64,000 nucleotides of DNA, from NCBI GenBank assembly GCA_043775315.1, contig JAYVSO010000064.1, forward strand, positions 16,140 through 80,139. Direction: 5' to 3'. This document shows, one piece after another, positions 1 through 9,800 of the stretch. The position numbers and the translations under genes were made by a program. The notes beneath the pieces are model-generated. The model ran no database searches. It worked only from the letters and a program-made list of their open reading frames with translations, and was not told where the DNA came from. This DNA is from Verrucomicrobiota bacterium. Lineage in GTDB: Bacteria > Verrucomicrobiota > Verrucomicrobiia > Limisphaerales > CANJSG01. The first letter of the stretch is position 1; each line of letters starts with the position of its first letter.

Positions 1-1
1 T

Positions 2-1606
2 TCGGAAACCATCGCGCCGAACGCGATGGCTTGCACGAGTCAACCGCTGGCAACGCAGGCCGCGCTTGACGTGATGAAGGCCGGTGGTTCCGCCGTGGAC
101 GGCGCCATCGCGGCCAATGCCTGCCTGGGTTTGATGGAGCCGACTGGCAGCGGGATCGGCGGCGACCTGTTCGCCATCGTCTGGGATCCGGCCACGAAAA
201 AGCTCCATGGCCTCAATGGCAGCGGGCGTTCGCCTTACGGCCTGACCATGGAGGAGTTCAAGAAACGGGGACTCACGAATATGCCCAGCTACGGGCCGCT
301 TCCCGTCACGGTCCCGGGCGCGGTGGACGGGTGGTTCTCGCTGCACGGCAGGTTTGGCCGGGTGTCCATGGCGACAAATCTGGCGCCCGCCATCGCTTAC
401 GCTCGCGACGGGTTTCCTTTGAGCGAAGTCATCGCCGAAGGCTGGGGGCGCAACGTGGCGGTTCTCTCGAAGTGGCCCAACGTGACGAATCTTTGGGCGC
501 CGGCTGGGCATGCCCCACGGAAGGCGGAGATGTTTCGCAATCCCCAGCTCGGCGGCTCGCTCGAGCGGATCGCGGCCGGTGGACGCGACGCCTATTACCG
601 GGGCGATATAGCGAAGCTCATCAGTGCGTTCATGAAGGAGCAGGGCGGATTCCTGGGTGAACGCGACTTCGCCGAGCACAAGTCCGAATGGGTCGACCCG
701 ATCTCGACCAACTATCGCGGATACGACATTTGGGAACTCCCGCCGAACGGGCAGGGATTGTCGGTGCTGCAGACCTTGAACATCCTCGAAGGATTTGACC
801 TCAAGGCGATGGGTTTCGGGAGCCTGGCCTACACGCACACTTTCATCGAGGCGAAGAAGCTGGCCTTCGAAGATCGCGCGCGGCTTTTCGCCGATCCGGA
901 ATTCTTCAAGACGCCGATCGCCGAACTGAACTCCAAGGACTACGCCTCGAAGCGACGCGCGTTGATCAAGCCCGAGCGAGCGGCGAACCGCTACGATCCG
1001 GGCATTCCGGCGCTCCGCACGAGCGACACCATCTACCTCTGCGTGGCCGACGAACGTGGCATGATGGTGTCGTTCATCCAGAGCAACTATCGCGGGATGG
1101 GCAGCGGTATGGTTCCGCCCGGGCTCGGGTTCGGATTGCACAACCGCGGTGAGGCCTTCGATCTCACGCCGGGCCGGCCGAACAGCTACGCGCCGCACAA
1201 ACGGCCGTTCCACACCATCATCCCGGCGTTCGTCACGCAGGGCGGCGAACCGGTCATGGCCTTCGGCGTCATGGGCGGCGACATGCAACCGCAGGGCCAT
1301 GTGCAGGTGCTCGTGAACTGGATCGACTTCGGCATGAACCTCCAGGAAGCGGGCGATGCCCCGCGCATTTACCACACGGGGTCCAGCGATCCCGATGGCG
1401 CGGTCATGAACGACGGCGGGACCGTGAATCTTGAGGCGGGGTTTCCGAGCGAGACCGTGCGCGATCTCGTGAAGTTCGGGCACAAGCTGGGTTCGGCAGG
1501 GATCCCCTCGTTCGGTGGGTATCAGGCCTTGATGTGGGATCGGACGAACCGCGTCTGGATCGGAGCAAGCGAAAGCCGGAAGGACGGCATGTCGGCTGGC
1601 TATTGA
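2..1606 (+). CDS. ggt: gamma-glutamyltransferase family protein, 5' end cut by window edge
   Basis: ORF 26..1606 stays open upstream to base 2. PLATQAALDVMKAGGSAVDGAIAA, GIGGDLFAIVWD, the autoprocessing-site region SDTIYLCVADERGMMVSFIQSNY and GVMGGDMQPQGHVQVL are typical GGT/Ntn-hydrolase signatures. Confidence 0.9.
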   Translation, partial: SETIAPNAMACTSQPLATQAALDVMKAGGSAVDGAIAANACLGLMEPTGSGIGGDLFAIVWDPATKKLHGLNGSGRSPYGLTMEEFKKRGLTNMPSYGPLPVTVPGAVDGWFSLHGRFGRVSMATNLAPAIAYARDGFPLSEVIAEGWGRNVAVLSKWPNVTNLWAPAGHAPRKAEMFRNPQLGGSLERIAAGGRDAYYRGDIAKLISAFMKEQGGFLGERDFAEHKSEWVDPISTNYRGYDIWELPPNGQGLSVLQTLNILEGFDLKAMGFGSLAYTHTFIEAKKLAFEDRARLFADPEFFKTPIAELNSKDYASKRRALIKPERAANRYDPGIPALRTSDTIYLCVADERGMMVSFIQSNYRGMGSGMVPPGLGFGLHNRGEAFDLTPGRPNSYAPHKRPFHTIIPAFVTQGGEPVMAFGVMGGDMQPQGHVQVLVNWIDFGMNLQEAGDAPRIYHTGSSDPDGAVMNDGGTVNLEAGFPSETVRDLVKFGHKLGSAGIPSFGGYQALMWDRTNRVWIGASESRKDGMSAGY

Positions 1607-1686
1607 AGAGAGTCCTGTAACTGACGGGCATTTCCCCTTGTCTCAATGGCCGTGATCTCCTTCTTCTAGCCTAACGCCGCCACCAG

Positions 1687-2559
1687 ATGATTTATCGCCG
1701 CCAATTTTGGGCCCTGCTCGCCTTGACCGCCTTGGTCGGGGGAACGGTGTTGGCGCAGATGCGGGGAGGTCGCGGATTCGGCGGGCGAAGCGGAAGGAGC
1801 CTGGTCGAGGTGACCACGGAACGGGGCGACGTTCCGACCTGGCCGGTCGACCCGAAGTTCGCGAGGGATTCCTTCACCTTCGCCCGGCTGAAATACCGAT
1901 CAAGCCGGTCCGAACGGTCCAGCTACGCGTGGTTCACCGACTACCGCGATGCGGATTTGAACCTGTCCTTCCGCCTTCAACAGTTGACGGCGATCAAGGT
2001 GAACCCCGACCCGGTGGTGCTCGAGATCAACGACCCGAAGCTCGGCGACTATCCGTGGATCTTCATGAGCGGAGCCGGAAACATCACCCTCGACGAGAAG
2101 GAAGCGGCGACCTTGAGGCGGTATTTCCTGAATGGCGGGTTCATGATGGTGGACGACTTCTGGGGTCAGGCCGAATGGGACGGGGTCGCCTTGGCCTTGA
2201 AGCAGGTCTTCCCGGAATTTGAGCCGCAGGACATCCCGCGCAGCCACCCGATTTTCCACGCCGTCTACAACATCGACGACAACCTGTCGTTGCAGACGCC
2301 GAACATCATGGCGGCTCGGCGAAGCCAGGAGACCGGCATCACCTGGGAAGACAACCACGAGGGCGGCAATACGCGGGACATCCATTTCCGCGGCATCTTC
2401 GACGGCAAAGGACGGCTGATGGTCATGCTCTGCCACAACACGGACAACGGCGACGGCTGGGAGGAGGAGACAACGGCGGACTGGTTTTTCCACACGTTTT
2501 CCGAGAACAAGAACTTCCCGCTCGGCATCAACATCATCTTCTACGCGTTGACCCACTGA
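1687..2559 (+). CDS. DUF4159 domain-containing secreted protein
   Basis: Signal-like N-terminus FWALLALTALVGGTVLAQ. FTFARLKY..WFTDYRDADLNLSFRLQQLT..YPWIFMSGAGNITLDEKEAATLRRYFLNGGFMMVDDFWG..HPIFH fits my recollection of the DUF4159 consensus. Confidence 0.6.
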   Translation: MIYRRQFWALLALTALVGGTVLAQMRGGRGFGGRSGRSLVEVTTERGDVPTWPVDPKFARDSFTFARLKYRSSRSERSSYAWFTDYRDADLNLSFRLQQLTAIKVNPDPVVLEINDPKLGDYPWIFMSGAGNITLDEKEAATLRRYFLNGGFMMVDDFWGQAEWDGVALALKQVFPEFEPQDIPRSHPIFHAVYNIDDNLSLQTPNIMAARRSQETGITWEDNHEGGNTRDIHFRGIFDGKGRLMVMLCHNTDNGDGWEEETTADWFFHTFSENKNFPLGINIIFYALTH

Positions 2560-2622
2560 GGCGAGTGCGGCAGCGAAGATTGGACCTTGCAGTTTGGGCG
2601 GCAGCGATTGAAGTGGTGGGCG

Positions 2623-3657
2623 ATGACCAGCCGTTCGCAGAGAATGTCCTATATCTTCATGGCCGTGCTGCTTGTGCTCGTGGGTTGGCTGCACATGGCG
2701 ACGCTGCTGCTGACCACGCTTTTCGGATACCTGGCACTCAAGACCTTCGCCTTCGGGCGGAGCCGTTTGCTCGCCGTGACCCTGTTCAGCATGATGGTTG
2801 TGGGTGTTTCGATCGGGGTCCTCCATTTCGGAAGGAAGGCCTACGTGACGATCCCCAATATCGTCGACAACACGATGCCCGTCCTCGACGAGCTGGCCCA
2901 TCGCTTCGGCCTCGATCTGCCCGACAACTACGACATGCTTGTCGACGTGTTGAAGAAGGAGAGCGCCGGGCAATACCCGAGCATGGAGAACTTCAAGAGC
3001 CTGCAGGGATTCGTCAGCACGCTGATCTTCCAGCTTGTCTACCTGATCATCGGCGCGGTCGTCGCCGTGAGCCTTTTCTTCAACTCGAAACTCAGCCTCG
3101 ATACCGACCCGCATTCCAGCAAGGACAGCCTCTACGCGCTGACGGCCGCCGAGATTTTCCAGCGGTTCAGGATGTTCTTCGCCAGCTTCAGGATGGTGAT
3201 GGGAGCGCAGATCATCATCTCGCTGATCAACAGCGCGGCGACGGGGGTGTTTCTCGTGGTCGCAGGTTTTCCCCACGCGATCACATTGACGGTCATCACC
3301 TTCGCCTGCGGATTGCTGCCCATCATCGGCAACCTGATAAGCAACACGATCATCGTCTGCGTCGGCCTTTCCATGCCGGACCGTTCGCACATGGCTCTGA
3401 TCGCCCTCATCTACCTCGTCGTGATCCACAAAGGGGAATATTTCCTTAACTCCAAGATCATTGGCGACCGCATTAAGAATCCCATGTGGCTTACCCTGAT
3501 CGGGCTTCTCATTGGTGAGCGGTTGATGGGTATTCCGGGCATGATTCTCGCGCCTGTCATCCTCCACTATATCAAAGTTGAGATGTCCAAGGCTCGGGTA
3601 GCGGGGCCAGCCGATGCCCCGGAGGCTGGTGCAGTGGTGCCTGAGGCGAAGGGTTGA
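2623..3657 (+). CDS. AI-2E family transporter (PerM/UPF0118-like permease)
   Basis: Multi-TM ORF. C-terminal half LINSAATGVFLVVAGFPHAITLTVITFACGLLPIIGNLISN..EYFLNSKIIGDRIKNPMWLTLIGLLIGERLMGIPGMILAPV is typical of the family. Start uncertain: TTG 2587, ATG 2623 or ATG 2647. Confidence 0.75.
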   Translation: MTSRSQRMSYIFMAVLLVLVGWLHMATLLLTTLFGYLALKTFAFGRSRLLAVTLFSMMVVGVSIGVLHFGRKAYVTIPNIVDNTMPVLDELAHRFGLDLPDNYDMLVDVLKKESAGQYPSMENFKSLQGFVSTLIFQLVYLIIGAVVAVSLFFNSKLSLDTDPHSSKDSLYALTAAEIFQRFRMFFASFRMVMGAQIIISLINSAATGVFLVVAGFPHAITLTVITFACGLLPIIGNLISNTIIVCVGLSMPDRSHMALIALIYLVVIHKGEYFLNSKIIGDRIKNPMWLTLIGLLIGERLMGIPGMILAPVILHYIKVEMSKARVAGPADAPEAGAVVPEAKG

Positions 3658-3801
3658 CCTCCGAAGTTTGGCGGTCTCCCTAGGAAGGGAGTCTTTCGCA
3701 TCCCCGCGAACGGTTCGTTCCCTGCGGCCGGGAGGGCGGTTGCAGGTCGGGTGGGCGTGGTCCACAGTTTCACCTGTCACCCCGTTCGCTGTTCGAGTCG
3801 C

Positions 3802-6800
3802 ATGTTGTTCCGATTATTGGTCGTTGTGGTTCTCTTGTCCGGATGCATCCCCGCCTTAGCGGCGGATGTTCCGGGTGCGTTGCGGCAGGTATACCTGTTG
3901 CCGAACGGTGGGAGTTCCCTCGCTGGCCTGACCAACAGTCCTTCCTTTCCCAGTTTCCCCGACACTGAGTCGATCGTCACCACGCTGGAAGGACCAGAGA
4001 ACTATGCGGACAACTACGGCCAGCGGATCCGGGCGTTGCTGATCCCGCCGACGAACGGCACCTACACGTTCTGGATCGCGGGGGACGACCAGTCCGCGCT
4101 TTACCTCAGCACGGATGACCAACCGTCGAACCGGTGCCTGATCGCGTCGGTCGCGGCGTGGACGGCTTTCCGCGAATGGACCAAAGAGACGAACCAGCAG
4201 TCGGCTCCGATCACCCTGGAAGCGGGGAAGCGCTACTTCATCGAAGCCCAGCAAAGTGAGGGCGGCGGCGGCGACCACGTCAGCGTGCGGTGGCAGATTC
4301 CTGGTGGGATCTTCGAAGGTCCCATTCCGTCGTCGCGGCTGGTGGTCTACGGCCTGGGCCCTCCGGTGATCTCGGTGCAGCCATCGAACACGACGGCCGT
4401 CGAGGGCCAGAGGGTCACCTTCGGGGTGCAGTTGGAGCGGATGATCGGTTCGGGTTTTCAGTGGTTCCGTGGAGGTGCCCTGATTCCCGGAGCGACTAGC
4501 AATCTTCTGACCCTCGGACCGTTGTCGTTGGCCGACAGCAACAGCGTCTACCTGTGCGCGATCACCAACTCCCTGGGTGGAGTGGTCACCACCAACGCCA
4601 CCCTAAAGGTTCTGCCCGACACGACTCCACCGACACTGTCAGCCGTTTCGCACCTCGGTGATCCAAACATCATCCTAGTGCAGTTCAGCGAGGCCGTGGA
4701 TCCGGTGACGGCGGGTCAGGCCACGAACTACCTTGTAAGTTCTGGCGTCGTCGTGACCTCGGTCCGCGTGATGCCGGACGGCGTTTCCGTTTCGCTGATC
4801 ACCTCGGGGATGACTTCGGGTTCCACCTACAACGTGACGGTCAGGAATGTCCGCGATCGCGCAGCGACCCCGAACACGATCGGCGCCGGAGTCCAGTCGG
4901 GCTTCGTCTTCAACTACACGCCATTGCCGATCGAACGGATCAAGGGTGGCCGTGAACCGATCGGTCCGATATCCCGTCGCACAGCGCTGGCCATTTCAGA
5001 AATCATGTATCATCCGGCGGCGAGAACCGACGGGCGGAATCTGGAGTTCATCGAGATCTACAACTCTCAGGAATGGTCCGAGGACCTTGGCGGCTACCGG
5101 CTTAGTGGCGACGTCGGTTACGTGTTCCCGACCAACACCGTGATGCCCGCGCGTGGGTTCCTCGTCGTCGCCGCGGTTCCGGCCGACCTCCAGGCGGTCG
5201 CCGGAGTTTCGACGCCGCATGCGTTCACGGGCGTGCTCCCAAACGACCGGGGAACAATCCGGCTGCGCAACAATCAGGACGCGGTGCTGGTCGAGGTGAA
5301 CTACGATTCCGATCCGCCATGGCCGTTGGCGGCCGATGGAGGCGGCCATTCGCTTGTGGCGGCCCGGCCTTCCTATGGATCGCAGGATCCACGGACATGG
5401 GCTGCCAGCGACCGGGCGGGGGGCTCGCCGGGCGCCGATGAACCGGTGTCAACCAACTCGCTAGCGCCGATCCTCATCAACGAGTTCCTTGCGCACACGG
5501 ATGATCCTCAGCTGGATTTCATCGAGCTCTTCAACTACGGCACCAATGCGCTCAACGTCGCCGGCTGCATCCTGACGGACGACGTCTCCACCAACCGGTT
5601 TGTCATCCCCGCCGGAACGGTCATCGCGGCCAGGGGGTTCTTGAAGTTCGACCAGAACCAGCTCGGCTTCTCCCTCAACGCGGCGGGCGAGGATCTGTTC
5701 CTGTTCAATTCCGATCGTTCGCGGGTGCTGGATTCGGTGCGGTTCAAAGGACAGGAGAACGGAGTCTCCACCGGTCGATATCCCGACGGAGCGCCCGAGT
5801 TCTCGCGTCTCGCGGCGCCCACGCCGGCCGCCGCCAACGCCGCGCCACGCAGCCGCGATTTGGTCCTGAGCGAGATCATGTATGACCCTATCAGCGGGGA
5901 TCAGTCGGAAGAATTCATTGAGTTGCAAAACCGGACGGGCAACACCATCGACATCGCGGGTTGGCGGATTTCTGGTGGCGCCGATTTTACATTTCCGGCC
6001 GGCGCCGCCGTCGCTCCCTCCGGCCGAGTGGTCGTGGCCAGGGACCGGACAAGGTTGTTGACGCTCTATCCCTTGATCCAACCGACGGCGGCCTTTGGAA
6101 ATCTACAGGGATCCTTGGGCAACTCCGGTGAGCAACTTGTGTTGACCAAGCCGGACACCGTCGTATCGACCAACGGTTCCGGCCAACCCGTCACCAACCA
6201 GATCCACATCGCCGTAGACGAGACGACTTACTCCAGCGGTGGGCGCTGGCCCGGTCGTGCGAATGGAGGGGGAAGCAGCCTCGAGAAGATCGATCTCCGG
6301 GCCGATGCGCGGCGCGCGACGAGTTGGGCGGCCAGCGACGAGACGGCGCGCGGTTCGTGGGTGACGATTGATCGCACGGCGACCGTGGTCCTTGCCCACG
6401 GCACGCCGAATTCGCTCCAGGTCATCCTGCTTGGTGAAGGCGAGGCGCTCGTCGACGATGTCGAACTGCTTCTCAACGGCACGACGCAGCTCGTTTCCAA
6501 CCAGACGTTCACGGCTGGGATATCGGGATGGTTCCCGCAGGGCAACCAGGAGGATTCGTTCTGGCAGGTCAATGGCGGCACCGGCGATTCGGGGTGCCTT
6601 CACATGGTGGCGACCGGGCGTGGAGATACCGGAGCGAACAGGATCCGCGTTCCGCTGGCGTCGAGCCTCACCAACGGCGCTCAACTCACGTTCCGGGCCA
6701 AGGTCCGTTGGTTGAAGGGCATGCCGGAGGTCCTCTTCCGACTGCGTGGGACGGCGAATGAGTTCCCGGTGTCGCTGCTGACCACGCGGTCGCTCGGCAC

Positions 6801-9800
6801 ACCGGGACTTGCGAACACGGCCGCAGCACCCAACGCAGGGCCCGCGATCTGGGATGTCACCCATTCGCCGGTTCTCCCCCAGGCGGGCCAGTCCGTAAAC
6901 GTTTCAGCGCGCGTGCAGGACCCCGACGGGCTGTCGTTTCTTCAGCTTCGTTATCGGCGCGATCCTTCGTCCGGCTACACGAACGTTCTCATGAGCTACG
7001 CCGGTGCGGGCTTCTACGTGGCGACGTTGCCGGCCATGCCCGCCGGCGCAGTCCTCGCCTACTACATCGAGGCGACCGATGCCGCGACGTCGCCTTTGAG
7101 CCGGACGTTTCCCGCCGATGTGCCGATGCGCGAATGCCTGGTGCGATGGGGTGAAACGACCAATTCGACTTCGTTCGGGCAATACCGGATCTGGCTCACC
7201 CAGCAGACGGTCACCCGGTGGTCCGCGCGCGAGAAGTTGAGCAACAGGCCGCTCGACATGACGTTCGTCCACGGGAACAGCCGCGTGATCTACAACGCGG
7301 GAGCGCAATACAGCGGCAGCCCCTTTCATTCGCCGGGCTACAATTCCCCGATCGGAAACCCGAGCGACTACGCACTGTCGTTCAACGCCGACGACCCGCT
7401 CCTCGATGCGGGCGACGTGAACGTCATCAACGCCGGAAACGGCTGCTGCGACAACACGCTCCAGCGGGAACACATCGCCCACTGGATCGCCTACCGCATG
7501 GGTTTGCCACGCCTCCATAGCCGGCATGTCCGTCTTTTCGTGAACGGGGTTCAACGCAGCGATCTCATGCAGGACATCCAGCAGCCGAACCGCGACTACT
7601 CCGACAACTGGTATCCGAACGGGGCGGGCGGGAATTTGCACAAGATCCAGCTCTGGTTCGAAATGGAGGACGACGCATCCGCGTTCTCCGCCCGGGGCGC
7701 GAGTCTGGGCGTCTTCAACGGGCCGGATGGTAAGAAGAACCTCGCCTACTACCGGTTCAACTGGTCGGGCCGCGCTTTCGGAGACACTCCCAACAATTAC
7801 ACCAACCTCTTCGGGTTGATGGACGCGACGGCGACCGGCGCGGCGAGCGACGAATACACCCGCCAGATCGGAGGGCAGGTGGATGCGGACAACTGGATGG
7901 GCATCCTTGCCTTCCAGCGCGTCATCGACAATGCGGACAGCTGGAACTACGGCGGCGGCCAGAACATGTATCTCTACAAGCCGCTCGACCAGACGTGGAA
8001 ATTGCTGCTCTGGGACATCGACTTCGCGTTTGGCGCGAATTCCCCGTCGAACTCCGTGTTCCAATTTGGCGACTCCCAGGGCGCCCGGATGGCCAATCAT
8101 CCTCCGTTCCTGCGGCGCTACGTCCGCGCCCTCCGGCATGCCGCCCTCGACGTCCTCGATCCCGGGATCTTGAACCCGACCATCGACGCCCGGTATTCGG
8201 CCCTGACAAACGGCGGAGCCAACGCCGCTTCTCCGCAGGCCACCAAGGACTACATCCAGCTCCGGCGTGCCTCGATCCTCGGTCAGTTGATCCCGTTTGA
8301 CGCGCCCTTCGCTGTGACGTCGCAAACCTCCTTCACGACGAACCGCAACGAAATCATTCTCAGTGGCACTGTTCCCTTGTCCGTCGCGGGCATCACGGTA
8401 AATGGGATCGCCCGGCCGGTCTCCTGGACCACGGCATCGAATTGGACCGTCCGGGTCGTTCTCGGACCTGGGCTCAACACGCTCCAGATCGCGGGCGTCG
8501 ACGATGCGGGACTGCCAATCGTCGGGGCTTCGACCTCCGCCCAGGTGACATTGACGGCGGCGCCTGAATTGCCGGAAGGCCGGGTTGTCATCAATGAGAT
8601 CCAAAATAACCCGCTCACGCCGGGAACCGGCTTTGTGGAGTTGCTCAACACTTCGTCGACCACGTCGTTCGATCTCACCGGATGGCGCTTCGACGGACTC
8701 GGCTACACCTTTCCGGGCGGCACCGTCCTTGGCCCGGGTTCCTTCCTTACCCTGGTCGCGAACAGATTCGCGTTTGGGGCACGCTTCGGCCAGGGAACCG
8801 TCTTCTTCGACCAATTCCCGGGCGGGCTGGACGACGCTGGGGAAACGATCCGCCTCCTTCGGCCCCAGGCCGGAACGACCAATGAACTGACCGTTGCCGA
8901 ACTGACCTACGGCTCCACCTCGCCCTGGCCCAATGGAGCGGGCGCCACGGATTCGTCGCTCCAGTTGATCGATGCGACGAAGCCGCTCGGCCACGTCGGC
9001 AACTGGGGCAGTGTCTCGTCACCGACCAATCCTCCGGTCCGCTTTTTTGAGTTCACGAATCAGTGGCGGTTCTTCCAAGGCGCGTCGTTGGACGGGGTTA
9101 ACTGGAAGGATCCGTCGTTCAGCGACGCCGCTTGGCCGTCTGGGCCGGGGCTCCTCTACGTCGAGGACGCGCCGCTGGCCTTTCCGAAGAGCACGCCCCT
9201 TGCCCTCGGCAGCACGACCTACTACTTCCGCACGCGCTTCAACTACTCGGGCCAGGGGCCTGTCGGGGCGCTGTTCGCCAACCTGATGGTCGATGACGGC
9301 GTCGTCCTTTACTTGAACGGCCAGGAGATCGCGCGGATTCGGATGCCGGCGGGAACGATCACCAACGCGACGCTCGCCAGTGCGAACGTCGCCGATGCGA
9401 CGTTGGAAGGCCCGATCAGTCTGCCTGCCGGAGCGCTTGTGCTCGGCACCAATGTCCTCGCGGCCGAGGTCCACCAGTCCGGACCGGGATCGAGCGACAT
9501 TGTTTTTGGAATGGACCTTTCGACCTCCGCCAGCGGCCTGCAGCCGGCGACCCCGTCGGCGGCGAATTCTCTGCGGACGGTGGTCCAGGAGTTTCCGACG
9601 ATCTGGTTGAACGAGTTTCAGCCGACGAACACCACTGCCTTGAGGGATCGTTTCAACCAGAGCGAGCCATGGGTGGAGCTCATCAATACCGGCACGAACT
9701 CGGTTTCGCTCGCAGGACTGTTCCTTACGGACAATTGGACGAACCTGACGCGCTGGGCGTTCCCGTCGAACCACACCATCGCTCCAGGCCAACTCCGCCT

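Noticed and set aside
1900-3780. 626-aa minus-strand ORF spanning the DUF4159 and AI-2E genes
   Set aside because: It is antisense to two well-supported plus-strand genes. Its composition is Arg/Asp/His-rich and low-complexity, typical of shadow ORFs in high-GC DNA, and it has no recognisable motifs.
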